DNA from: Eledone cirrhosa
Taxonomy: Eukaryota
Direction: 5' to 3'
Length of the DNA: 64,000 nucleotides
Assembly (NCBI GenBank): GCA_964016885.1
Contig: OZ024753.1
Span: forward strand, 32,116,001 to 32,180,000
Part shown: positions 14,497 to 26,527 of the stretch, piece after piece
Position numbering within the stretch: the stretch's first letter is position 1
How the letters are laid out: each line of letters begins with the position of its first letter
The notes under the pieces: model-generated
Databases searched by the model: none
What the model was told of the DNA's origin: nothing
Seen by the model: the letters and a program-made list of their open reading frames with translations, nothing else
Position numbers and translations under genes: made by a program

Positions 14497-14846
14497 CATA
14501 TGCGCATAAACACACACATACTTACATAGACAAATGCCTGCACAAATGGCATATTTACACACAAACATACATATGCACATATACACACAGCCACACACAA
14601 ATATATATACATATATATATATGCGCATAAACACACACATACATATATAGACACATGCCTGCACAAATGGCATATTTGCACACAAACATACATATGCACA
14701 TATACACACAGCCACACACAACACACACACACAAATATATATACATATATATATATGCGCATAAACACACACATACATATATAGACAAATGCCTGCACAA
14801 ATGGCATATTTGCACATAAACATACATATGCACATATACACCCAGC

Positions 14847-14916
<70 letters not shown>

Positions 14917-14935
14917 TTTTCATCAAACATACATA
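13800..14935. repeat. Compound minisatellite, about 7 units of 120-190 bp with variable (CA)n/(TA)n
   Basis: ATGCGCATAAACAC...AAATGGC.TATTT...CATATGCACATATA...CAGCCAC recurs near 13851, 14040, 14223, 14360, 14497, 14621 and 14755. Confidence 0.92.
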
Positions 14936-15157
14936 CACATACATTCATATGATCACACAGTCATACATATGTAGATATACACACACTTATACCATCACAT
15001 CTAATGGCTGTGAGTAGGTAGATTTCTTCGGGCGTCAGATTAAAAACGCCTCGCTATTTGTTCTGTCGAAGTCATCTTTGCCTTTTATCATTTCGCGGTT
15101 GATAAACAAAGTACCAACCCAGTACCGAACTCACACTCTCTCTCTCTCTATATATAT

Positions 15158-15533
15158 ATACAATATATTAATAAATGGAAACTATATTTATAAAACAATA
15201 TTTATTTTATTATACATATTTCAAGGGCAACCAAGGCAAAATATGGTGCGCTTTCATCAGATAAAATACAGATTTGTTTTATAAATAAATATTGTCTTTT
15301 TTCTGGGCATGTCAATATTTATTTATAAAACAAATCTGTATTTTAACTGATGAAAGCGCCCCATAATTTGCCTTGGTTGGCCTTGAAATATGTATAATAA
15401 AATAAATATGGTTTTATAAATATAGTTTCCATTTATTAATATATTGTGTATTTAATCCACTAAATGTTGAGTGCTTTATATCAGTTATAAAAATGTTTAA
15501 GCTTGTTGAATCCCAACAAATTAAATATAACCT

Positions 15534-15538
<5 letters not shown>
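15158..15538 (+). mobile_element. PLE hairpin insertion, family C copy 1: arms 15158-15294 and 15313-15451, tail to 15538
   Basis: About 137-bp inverted repeat in (TA)n; hammerhead TATTTTA(T/A) CTGATGA...GAAA TATGTA TA ATAAAATA at about 15339-15404; homologous to 21678-22093. Confidence 0.85.
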
Positions 15539-15571
<33 letters not shown>

Positions 15572-15576
<5 letters not shown>

Positions 15577-16127
15577 AAGGACGGGTTGGAAGAAGTTTAG
15601 GGAGCTGCTTCCTCTGTTGACAAAGAAGGGTTTCTCTCTGCGTACGAAAGGACGGTTATATGATGCTTGTGTGAGATGCGCGATGCTGCATGGTAGTGAG
15701 ACATGGGCAGCAACTGATGAAGATATGCGACGGCTGGAGAGAAATGAAGCAAGTATGCTCCGTTGGATGTGCAATGTCAATGTACGTGAACGACCAAGCA
15801 TAGACGAGTTGAGAAAGAAACTGGGTATAAGAGGGATAAGTTGTAGTGTGCAGGAGAGAAGGCTGAGATGGTATGGACATGTGATGCGCATGGACGATGA
15901 CCGCTGGGCAAAGAAGTGCCAAGAAATCCCAGTAGAAGGAAGACGCAGTAGAGGTAAACCACGTAAAACATGGGTGGAGGTGGTGAAAGCAGACCTCAGA
16001 TCGCTGAAACTCGCCGAAGAGATGATGAAGGACTGTGACAAGTGGAGAGATGCTGAATAAGACCCGTCCAACCCTTGCAAGCAGGGAAAAGCGGACGTAA
16101 AATGATGATGATGATGATGATGATGAT
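15572..16127 (+). mobile_element. RTE-clade LINE, 5'-truncated 3' end (ORF C-terminus to stop at 16060, short 3' UTR, (ATG)n tail)
   Basis: GWKKFRELLPLL...LYDACVRCAMLHGSETW...RRLRWYGHVMRM...GRRSRGKPRKTW is the typical RTE post-RT region; frame uninterrupted; trinucleotide tail. Confidence 0.93.
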
Positions 16128-16899
16128 ATCTCTGGAAGAAACCGACTGTATACACATATACATACACAGGCATACACGTATACAAATTCATATACACATA
16201 AAACACATACGTACACATACATATAGTTATATCCTGTTCACTTTTTTTTTTACGAAGCTTTTAGGAAATCTGAAACGATAATTCACATGTGCGCTGTTAA
16301 AACACTAATTTGTATTTTTACGACGATTATTAGGAAGTGACAATTACAGGTTTGAGATTGAAATCCGATTTAAACTGTCTACAATATTCTAATAGAAAAC
16401 AGAAAACAAACAAACAAAAATAAAATTAAAACAAAAACAAAAAAACAAACAAAAATCATTAAATACCAAGAAAACAAATTTTAAAAATCAAATGAACGAT
16501 TGCTTCTTTTTCTTGTTCTGCTAATGACAATTGTCACATGAAAAAACAGGTGAGTATAAAATAGTTGATATTATATCTGATCCTTATTTATGTTTTTCAA
16601 TTCGTATTCTGAATGTTGAGAAAGAAAGAAAGAGAGAGAGAGAAAAAGAAAATAAGAGAGAGATAGAAAGAAGGAGTGAGAGAGTGAGATAGCAAGAGAG
16701 GATAATTTCAAACTTATCCATCATATTCATTTACAGATTTACACGAAATATTTGTCGATATATATACCTCAATAATTATTTTTTCAAGTCTGGTATTTAT
16801 TTTTATCAATATATTTTTGTCGAAATGCTAAGTTAAGGGCCATATACAGAAACAAAACTCTAAACAAACACAAAATATACACTCCTGAACACACACTTG

Positions 16900-16943
<44 letters not shown>

Positions 16944-17051
16944 GGGTAGTTAGATCTTCAAATAATCTTTCAAGTTTCCTAGGCTTATCGTTCAGAAGTG
17001 ATTTCTTTTAGCGGAGCCTATACTGGCTTCCCCATACACACACACACACAT

Positions 17052-17088
<37 letters not shown>

Positions 17089-17150
17089 AGCTGTTGAAAT
17101 GGCAAGAGTTCAGTCGTTGGGACCCGGCTCTTTGTTATATATATATATAT

Positions 17151-17638
17151 AGTAATAATAATAAATTTGAAGACTAAAATCCAAAGAGGGCTCGATAAGG
17201 ATAAATATATATCAAATATATAAGAACCGTAGAGACTTCTGCTATACCATTTACGTGGTTTTGTCTTTGCGTGCTATTGTTCTCCACGCTCCACATATGA
17301 CGTATTATCTTCGTTTTTTCGTTCATTGCCAGAGAACGTCTCTATGCACCACCTAAGAGAACATTAGTCTACGACCTCTTTTATACCATAAACGTGGTTC
17401 TGTCTTTGCGCGTAATTGTTTTTCACCGCTCCTATTAATGACGTATTATTCGTTTTTTCCCGTTCTTTGCCAGCGAACGTCACCATGAACCAAAGTATCG
17501 TCTTCCTGTCTTCCTCCGGTTGCAACGTTTTTTTGAAATATCCACTTCTGCGTTTACAGATTGACTATGTTAGTCTCAGAAGATCCCGTTAAGGGTGAAA
17601 ACAGCGATTCTTTGCTTAAACTTTAAACTGTTATTTTA

Positions 17639-17640
<2 letters not shown>
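17151..17640 (-). mobile_element. Probable PLE remnant in (TA)n with an internal ~140-bp direct duplication; end shared with 27181-27232
   Basis: Hammerhead-like CAGAAGA TCCC-gttaa-GGGT GAAA near 17577-17600; reverse tail motif TATCGAGCCCT near 17190; duplication about 17243-17350 vs 17382-17492. Confidence 0.5.
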
Positions 17641-17687
<47 letters not shown>

Positions 17688-17690
<3 letters not shown>

Positions 17691-17890
17691 CGTTTCTGAA
17701 GAGGTCACAGAGTGTGTGACGAAATGACTATGACTATATATAAACAACTATCTGGTTGTGGAACCAACCAACCAACCAGAAATTTATAAATTTATAAATT
17801 TGTAAATTTATAAATATATAATAAACTGAAGTGAAAGCAACTGGTGCGTGTGTTTCTTATTGGCAACATGACCCTCCCAAAGTATAACAA

Positions 17891-17893
<3 letters not shown>
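17688..17893 (+). mobile_element. PLE terminal-repeat fragment related to family B, with hammerhead
   Basis: CTGAAGA g GTCACA-gagtg-TGTGAC GAAA tgac TA at 17696-17730; ends in ATGACCCTCCCAAAGTATAACAATAT, like 13690-13715. Confidence 0.72.
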
Positions 17894-17955
<62 letters not shown>

Positions 17956-18587
17956 GTATGTGTATGTGTGTGTGTATATATATGTATATATGTCTGCGTG
18001 TGTGAGTTTGTGGAAGAAGAGAGGAAAATTGTTCATAAGCTAACCAAAATGCCCTTTTATATGTATATTGTGTTGTGGTGACTATATAAAATACAGTAGT
18101 GTTACCATGAGATGATGTGAATATGATAACAACTTGAGAATATTTACAATAGATAATACAATACATGAATAATTATTGCTATATATTTTTCCGTCTTAAA
18201 ATACAGCATTTATTTTTATACGAGGAAACTCTATATCTTAAAATACACAATCTATCTCTATATGAAGAAATGTGTTGAATTGCTAGTGTGCAAGTGTAAT
18301 AATTATTGTAATTTTCCAAAATGTATATGAAGGTAAAAAACCCCAAAGGTAAAGTATTTTTTCATGTTTTGATAGATGATTAGATGTGTGTATTTACGAG
18401 AGAAGATAACATGTAATGAAATGGTGGCGTGTGTTGTATTTCTTCTGAGTGATGTTACGAAGAAATCTCTTCTGGTTAAACAATTTACACAATGCCACAT
18501 CAATAGTTAGATGAAGTAGGCTGGCCTCTATTTTATGATTTGAAGAAGCAGGGTAATATTTCCTTGTAAAGTATTGTTATTAAGTAT

Positions 18588-18889
18588 GCGGTGGATTGGC
18601 AGTATCGGTAGAGGGTCGGACGCCATGCTTTCAGCATAGTTACGTCCCTTTACGATCTGAGTTCAAATCCCGCCGAGGTTGACTTTGCCTTTCATCCTTA
18701 CGCGGTGGATTGGCAGTATCGGTAGAGGGTCGGACGCCATGCTTTCAGCATAGTTACGTCCCTTTACGATCTGAGTTCAAATCCCGCCGAGGTTGACTTT
18801 GCCTTTCATCCTTACGGGGTCGATAAAATAAAGTACCAGTAATGCACTGGGTAATTGCTGGCCTTGTGCCTAAAGTAGAAACAGTTATT
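18588..18889 (+). mobile_element. SINE family 1, young copy with a 114-bp tandem duplication of the head
   Basis: A box TGGCAGTATCGG and B box GAGTTCAAATCC each present twice (18588-18701 = 18702-18815); TSD GTTATTAAGTATG. Confidence 0.92.
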
Positions 18890-18966
18890 AAGTATGAACT
18901 ACAATTAACTCGGTTACATGTCTATATTAAAAATAATGATCTCATAAAATATATTTGATTATTACA

Positions 18967-18967
<1 letters not shown>

Positions 18968-19007
<40 letters not shown>

Positions 19008-19172
19008 GATATATATATATATACACACACATATATATATATACATACACATATAGACATATATAAATACACACACACACACACAGATATATATATATAT
19101 ACACACACAGATATATATATATATACACACACATATATATATATACATACATACACATATAGACATATATAA

Positions 19173-19219
<47 letters not shown>

Positions 19220-19260
19220 GACATACATATATAGATACTGTATATATATATATAGATGCG

Positions 19261-19305
<45 letters not shown>
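18968..19305. repeat. Compound (TA)n/(CA)n microsatellite
   Basis: Directly visible. Confidence 0.95.
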
Positions 19306-19308
<3 letters not shown>

Positions 19309-19446
19309 AGATCAAAAGATGGTTAAAAGAGTTCCATGTATTTTATTATGCGCATTTCAACTCCAGTCCTACAAACAGTAGAGTGCTACTTATCCGATAT
19401 TCCGATATCTGCATTGCTTTACTGTACTACAATAAAACTCACCTCC

Positions 19447-19450
<4 letters not shown>
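19306..19450 (+). mobile_element. Minimal PLE insertion: short inverted repeat fragment plus tail
   Basis: Between (TA)n tracts; minus strand reads GAAA TGCGCA TA ATAAAAT (3' half of a hammerhead with palindromic stem III); tail contains TAGAGTGCT. Confidence 0.55.
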
Positions 19451-19484
<34 letters not shown>

Positions 19485-19692
19485 CATGCCAACACAAGAC
19501 CAAGAATGAAGTGTTCATTCTACTGACATGGCTATAAAATTGAGGCTTGTTTGCAAAATTGCAAACCAATCGAATGTTATCATTAATATTCGAAAAACTC
19601 AGATTACATTTATTGTATTCAGCCATGTAGAGCGAAATTTTCTTTTATATAAGTCGATCGACTGTAGATATATATATATATATATATATATA

Positions 19693-19930
19693 TTAAGATA
19701 AGCAGAACAAGTAAAATTCAATCAATTTTTCAAAATACATTAAAAAATATAATATAAATATTTACCTCTTCTAGTGGCCCTTACTGATCAGTTTCGCTTT
19801 GTAAAACCTCATAAATCCGATGGATTTATGATGGGAAACCAAAGATCATCAGAGAAGCATTTTCCCTTCCTAGGGCTAAACGTCCCAGGAACGACAAAAT
19901 ATACAACCTCCTGCCAGCTAATAAAGGTCT
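19693..19930. mobile_element. PLE terminal-repeat fragment with a hammerhead on the - strand (19777-19858)
   Basis: Minus strand: CTGATGA t CTTTG...TCATAAATCC-atc-GGATTTATGA...CAAAG c GAAA CTGATCAG TA; abuts (TA)n. Confidence 0.72.
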
Positions 19931-20621
19931 GATATCGACAGTCGATCGACTTTCGTCAAATCGGACTGAGGAAACAATGTTTCCGTTGGTCTTTCCAATT
20001 GCTAATATTCTCTATCGGTCTCAATTCCAGGTAGAAGGAGCAACATGAAATAAAGTGTCTTGCTGAAGGACATAACGCATCGCCCGGTTTCGAACACACA
20101 AATTCACAATTGCGATTCTAATTCTCTTACTAGTCAGGCACACGCCTTCACATTATATATATATGTATATATATATAGAGGGAGTGGGGTTACTATACAT
20201 GCCTGAAGCCTGTGAAAATAACAAAATGAATTGAAATAAGAATACTAATAATGCATTTATTGCCGACATTTAATGATAAGATATACAACAATTCCTATAT
20301 AAAGATGGAAGAAAACATTGTTTCTTTGCCGAGAAACCGATTAATGTAAAATCATTGAATAATACAGTGAAAGTAAAAATACAGAAATATACCTAACAAA
20401 CGAAGGAATCGAACCTGGACATGTGATGCATGTTGATAGAAAAGGCCAAAATTTCAAGTGAGAAAGTTCAGTTGTATAAAAGAACCCTCAGACTTGAATT
20501 TTAGGACTGCTCCACAATCAATATCAGAAAATTAGAAGACCATTTATATCAGAATGTGCAGCGAATGGCTAGTTGATTTTAGTGGCATCCATTGAACAAA
20601 TTATATATATATATATATATA

Positions 20622-20686
20622 GGAAAAGAGTCGGGAGCCGACGGGTGAGCTTCAGCCGTTTCGACAGCTAGATCCGAACTAACCCA

Positions 20687-20689
<3 letters not shown>
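20622..20689. mobile_element. PLE family A-related inverted terminal fragment
   Basis: GGAAAAGAGTCGGGAGCCGACGG...CCGTTTCGACAGCTA after (TA)n, similar to family A left arms. Confidence 0.65.
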
Positions 20690-20729
<40 letters not shown>

Positions 20730-20824
20730 GTGTGTGTGTGTGTGTTGGTGTGTGTGTGTTGGTGTGTGTGTTGGTGTGTGTGTTGGTGTGTGTGTGTGTG
20801 TGTGTGTGTGTTGGTGTATGTGTT

Positions 20825-20879
<55 letters not shown>
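20690..20879. repeat. (GA)n followed by (GT)n with TTGG interruptions
   Basis: Directly visible. Confidence 0.95.
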
Positions 20880-20882
<3 letters not shown>

Positions 20883-21331
20883 GTTTTAAAGGGTAAGAAT
20901 TTCTTCCTTCTCGGTTTCCGGTCTTCGCACCTTAGAAACTCCATGCATATATGTTATGTTGTAGATTTATAGATATGAAGGCGCGTGGCTTTCTAGTTAA
21001 GGCACTCGAACTCATGACCTTGAACAGTCAAAGTCTTGAGTTCGATTCCCTGCGTAATCATAACAAGATCTGGGCCTAATATCAGAAATAAATTGTATGA
21101 TGGAGTCGTTGTGATATACAGCGTGCGTGTCTTGAACACATTAAACCTAGGGGAGTCCATCTCTTCACCAGGTCTGGACACATAATAGAAAATAAATCAT
21201 TCATTTGAAAACTATAATAGTGATATATTCATTATTATATCATTAAAATAAAGAGGAAAATGAGATTAAATAGATTGAATTTAATAGTCGCAGCATTCTA
21301 TTTTTATTATATTGCTAGCTAATGTTCACTC

Positions 21332-21398
<67 letters not shown>

Positions 21399-21495
21399 TA
21401 TATATGATTATATATATATATATATGCGTGTGTTTATATATAATTATATATATGCACATATACGTTTATGAATACATCATTATATATATATATAT

Positions 21496-21662
21496 AGGAA
21501 AAGGTTCAGGACCCCGACGGTAGAGCTCAAGCTGTTTCGACGGCTATTTCTTCTACGTCGAAATGGATTGAACCTTTTCCTATTACCCACTCTACTACCC
21601 AAAGTATCGAGTACTCTGGTACGTTATGGTCCACCTGGTTCCTTACCACACTTCCTTCGTTT
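21496..21662 (+). mobile_element. PLE family A, short copy
   Basis: About 55-bp inverted arm, about 15-bp sense arm, then family A tail TACCCACTCTACTACCC...ATGGTCCACCTGGTTCCTTACCAC...CTTCGTT; (TA)n on both sides. Confidence 0.85.
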
Positions 21663-21677
21663 TATATATATATATAT

Positions 21678-22089
21678 ATATACGATATTAACAAATGGAA
21701 ACTATATTTATAAAACCATATCTATTTTATTATACATATTTCAAGGATACCATGTTAAATTATGGTATGCCTTCATCAGACAAAATACAATATATACCAG
21801 TTTTATAAATAAATATTGACATACCCTTTCAAAATGCAACCGTTACTTTTGGAAGACAACAGGGATCAATATTTATTTATAAAACTGGTATATATTGTAT
21901 TTTGTCTGATGAAAGCATACCATAATTTAACATGGTATCCTTGAAATATGTATAATAAAATAGATATGGTTTTATAAATATAGTTTCCATTTGTTAATAT
22001 CGTATATTTACTCCAAATACTTGTCGAGTGCTTTATATCAGTTATAAAAATATTTGCTTGTTGTATCCCAACAATTTAAATAGAACTTT

Positions 22090-22093
<4 letters not shown>
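21678..22093 (+). mobile_element. PLE hairpin insertion, family C copy 2: arms 21678-21819 and 21866-22007, tail to 22093
   Basis: 142-bp inverted repeat with one mismatch seen; CTGATGA at 21906 and GAAA at 21943 with stem II ATACCA/TGGTAT. Confidence 0.87.
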
Positions 22094-22114
<21 letters not shown>

Positions 22115-22123
<9 letters not shown>

Positions 22124-22540
22124 TAAGAGGAATTCCAACTTTGTCTGATTTACTCGTTTTATTTACAATCCTTTAAAATATATAATGGTATTATAATGAA
22201 ATAGTATGATAGAATATTAAATTCTAAGTGTTAATTGAACAAGTACTTTCATGCTTTCGCAATCTTCAGGTTCATAATATGTGGTGACAGTCGAGTTTGC
22301 AATTTTCAACTGTGGAAAATTGCAAACTCGACTGTCACCACATATTATGAACCTGAAGATTGCGAAAGCATGAAAGTACTTGTTCAATTAACACTTAGAA
22401 TTTAATATTCTATCATACTATTTCATTATAATACCATTATATATTTTAAAGGATTGTAAATAAAACGAGTAAATCAGACAAAGTTGGAATTCCTCTTATT
22501 AATATAATCTTCTATACACAATCATACACACCCGTGTATA
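22115..22540 (+). mobile_element. PLE hairpin insertion, family D: arms 22115-22307 and 22315-22508, short tail
   Basis: About 193-bp palindrome with a 7-nt loop and no mismatch seen, next to (TA)n. Confidence 0.87.
22348..22386 (+). ncRNA. Minimal type I hammerhead ribozyme motif
   Basis: TGAAC CTGAAGA t TGC-GAAA-GCA t GAAA GTAC TT GTTCA: 5-bp stem I, GNRA-capped stem II, palindromic stem III loop. Confidence 0.88.
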
Positions 22541-22596
22541 TTTACCTATTATATCTATATCTATCTATCTATCTATATATATATATATATATATAT

Positions 22597-22931
22597 TAAT
22601 GTATTATGAGTAATGTTACGTTACTGTTGGTTTACCAGTCTGAGTAGTCAATGCTGATATATGGATCTGTTATCGGTATCAATAAGAATCAGGGTGTTAG
22701 TAATAAGGAACAGGAACAAAGTATCAATATAACATCAATATATTTACTCACACGCGGGACGCGTTTCGCAATCCACCGACTCAAGGTACGATCGGTACAG
22801 ATCGGGCCCGACTCTGGACTCGATAGCTGACCAGACTTGTGGAAGAACATCAAAGCTAGATCTGCCTGTGGAATACTGAATCACTTCACTCGCATATTCA
22901 GTGAAAACGTAGTAGTTGATCTCACGACTGG
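22597..22931 (-). mobile_element. Probable PLE terminal repeat plus tail, hammerhead-like with long stem II
   Basis: Minus strand CTGAATA (variant core, 22895-22901) then about 125 nt, then GAAA CGCG TC (22758-22767); tail has CATTGACTACT; abuts (TA)n. Confidence 0.55.
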
Positions 22932-22990
22932 ATATACATACAAATGCATACAAACATATAATACACATACACACTCATATGTATGTGTGC

Positions 22991-23023
<33 letters not shown>

Positions 23024-23025
<2 letters not shown>

Positions 23026-23229
23026 GAGTGGCTCCAAGTCACACGGGGGTCGCATGGCCGCTATTTGAAAGATGTAATTTGTCATAAGTAATGTAGAGGT
23101 GTAACAAGGTTCGACGAGTGCAAAATAATTTCCATTATATCCTTTAAGTTGTATCAAAATTCCATACATCAATCCGTACAATTCAGGAAGTTAACAAAAG
23201 CTAAAACCCCTGTGTAACTATTGGACCAC

Positions 23230-23233
<4 letters not shown>
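23024..23233. mobile_element. Tc1/mariner-like MITE
   Basis: Imperfect ~27-bp TIRs CAGAGTGG...ACAC.GGGGT / ACCCCTGTGT...CCACTCTG followed by TA. Confidence 0.6.
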
Positions 23234-23301
<68 letters not shown>

Positions 23302-25502
23302 GCTATCATGATCATCATTATTTTACATCATCTCTCCATGAAGAATGAGGGAGAGCTTGTGTATTAATTTGTATTTATCTATTGATTAAAAATAACTGAA
23401 ACACTTACCCTCTTTATGTCAAGTTTCAATTGTCTATTAATTGTGATATTGGTTTTGTTGATTCTTTTCAAAGCCACAATTGATCCCTGAAATATTAATA
23501 ATAACAAAGAAAGCAGCATTAATAACATTAATATATTACAGTTAATCATTTTATTATGATGCTATATGGCATTTATACAAGATTCAGTTTTCATAACATT
23601 TTAAGTATTCACTGTATCACCCAAACAAATAAGGAAGCAAGCGTGCTTTTTGAACAGTGAGAAATCTTAATGTTTATAGAAATAGCAATGGTTGTCTTCA
23701 ATCACAATTTTCTTAAGGAAATGTTACTGAATATTTTATTGACGCATATCGAAGGAAAACTGCTCTAACGGAACTCATTCGTTTCCCATTACGTCATATC
23801 CGGCTGATTGGCAGGTGTTCTGAGGGATCGTTTACTTGTTTGCTAGATTTACTAAAAATAGCAGACAAAATATTTATTAAATATTACAGCTTACAATCTT
23901 AGAAAAAAAGCCAAAATAAGGTGGCGTTGAACAATATAATTCTAGGTACACTATGCCTAAAAAGGTGAGATGTTTATATCTGGAAATCCTTTGATTATAG
24001 AATTGCATAACTAGGTTTCATCTGCGACGAAACAACAACAGTAACTTCATACTATAATGGCATAAACTTTTCCTAGTTAGATATACTAACCGCTTTCATT
24101 ACTAGCGAAATGACCTGAAAGCTTGCAACAGAATATACTCCGAATAAAGCAACCAAGGGACAAACGATGTTATTAAACCTGGCCGCGGATTAAGTCTACC
24201 ATCGAAGTAAACCAGAAATTAGAACACCAAGAGCAAAAATGAAAACACCCTATAAACCATCTCACCCTATGCTCTAACTATTCGGCCAATTCATAGTCGT
24301 GGACAAGAGTTTTATTTTATCGATTAAGAAAGTATAAAATATAAGTAGACTATGCCATTGCAAGATTTGAACTCAGAACGCAGAGAGCCGAAACAGACCC
24401 CACGAGATGTTTTGTCGTACAATTTAACAACTCTGACAATTCTCTGCTGCCAGCCAATTCAGCGTCGTTCTTTTTATCCTAATTTCAGCAAAAATCTATT
24501 AGCAACTGAACTTCAGGGGCAGAAATGAAAAAAAAAAGTAAAACAGTTATATATAATCATTTTGCAGAGAAATAAAACTAGAGATATGCAATTCATCTTG
24601 CATATTAGACGCTCTGAAATTCTTCGACTCCACTCCAAACGAAAGCCTGGCTGAATTCACAATGCATTTGTTTATGGCTTCTTCCCATTATCATTTGCAA
24701 GTGAATAATGATGGCCTCCAATATGTGGAAATAGAATTGCAATTAGAAGCAGGCCTGAAAATGAGTTTCAAGTAGCTTTCTCTAGCAGTAAGATGTCAAG
24801 CAACGGCAAAAGTACACGAAATTGACTGAAATTGCTGTCTCGGAAAAAGAGACCAAACACTTGTCATGAATAAATGATAGTGATAGGAAACATAAATCTA
24901 ATTTCTTCCTGATGTCAAAATGTTAGGGAAATATACGGTTATTGTTGGTGTAAAACATTCCATTGGCAGATGATAATGAAAGGTAGGAAACGTAAAGAAC
25001 AGAGGAATATATATTTGTTTAATTATTTTCTCAGCAAGAAGTAAGAAGTATATTAAATGGCAGGCAATTTGTAGTTAGGTTAATAACGAGAATAATACAT
25101 GTCGTCATACAAACGTGGTATGGCATAGATTTGTAAATAGTTCATTGATCGTCGATATAGTTAATAAACTATTCAAAATGAAAGTAGAGTATCGAAGACC
25201 AATAAATCGATATGTTATATAGAAATATATTAGTGAAGAAATGTGCAACTGAATAATGGATGGTGTTGATGAGTGAGGCAATGATAAGAGAAAATGAAAA
25301 AAAAAAGCCTGGAGACAGAGGAATCGATGTGAAATATGTAAACATATTTCTTCTCATTGTGAAGCAACCTCGAACGACTGATGAAATACAATGGAATAAC
25401 ACACACTCGGTCTAATTCTACTTTCTGGATCTCAGTAAATATGACCGTACAGTTCAAATCCCTTCGAGGTTAACTTTGCCTTTCATCCTTATATATACTT
25501 AA

Positions 25503-25696
25503 AATAATTGTTTCTACTTTTGGCACAAGGCCAGCAATTATCCAGTGTATTACTGGTACTTTATTTTATCGACCCCGTAAGGATGAAAGGTAAAGTTAAC
25601 CTTGGCGGGATTTGAAATCAGACCATAAAGGGCCGTAACTCTTTGCTGCAAAGTATGGCGTCCGACTCTCTACTGATACTGCCAATCCACCGCCCT
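25503..25696 (-). mobile_element. SINE family 1, full-length young copy; a partial + copy lies just upstream (about 25430-25491)
   Basis: Complete reverse complement of the consensus; TSD TAAAATAAT. Confidence 0.9.
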
Positions 25697-26291
25697 AAAA
25701 TAATATTATGTAGTAAGATATATAATGTATCAATATGAAAATTAGTTTTTAGTTTCTTTTAATTGATTTGATCAAAAGAAACGGTGTGTGCTCATGTAAT
25801 CTCGGTCCCTCTTAGTCTGATCAGATGTATTCAATAATGAAATAATAGGAGGAGAAATATCATCGTATTGGTCCTATTTATAACATCTCGTAGGTTTAAA
25901 GTAACTTTCATCTTCCGTCTAATATCTGATATTTCTCAAAACGTCTCTGAAATTAAACTAATGCCATCAATATAATAATTACTTAGCAATGTCGCAGCTT
26001 TTGAAATTTATTGAGATGTCTATCTAGATAGACGGCTAGACGACAGTTGAAATAGAAATACGGGCAGAAAGTCTGCAAGTTACATAACTCGATAAATACG
26101 TGAAATATAAATAGATAAAAAGGGGAAGAAAATAATGATTATAAATCCGCAGAAAACTAATATATTTAAATGGCATCATTGAAAGATGAATCGAAATACT
26201 GTTATAGATTCATTCTGGAGATATATTTAATGGTAAGCTAGGTACAAGGACGGATAATGATACAACTAGTGATATATATATATATATATAT

Positions 26292-26478
26292 AATATAATA
26301 AAATAACAGGAGGCTGGACTTGTGTAAATCCTTGAAAGGTTTATTATACTATGATCATTTCAATGACCGGGTTCCGGTGATATTGAACTGCTTTACGTTG
26401 AGTTCTCTCCATATTATTACATTAAGATTGACCAAACGGAATTGACCAGCTCTATCCAGTGGTGAACCTTCAAACCTG
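26292..26478 (+). mobile_element. Minimal PLE insertion: inverted hammerhead half plus tail
   Basis: Between (TA)n tracts; minus strand ACCGG-aac-CCGGT catt GAAA TGATCA TA; tail GAACT...CGTTGAGTTCT. Confidence 0.55.
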
Positions 26479-26482
26479 TATA

Positions 26483-26520
<38 letters not shown>

Positions 26521-26527
<7 letters not shown>

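Noticed and set aside
22115-22508. Long hairpins as DNA-transposon MITEs or miRNA genes
   Set aside because: One-sided tails, hammerhead cores, variable inner truncation and RT/GIY-YIG remnants fit PLEs; arms are too long and perfect for pre-miRNA
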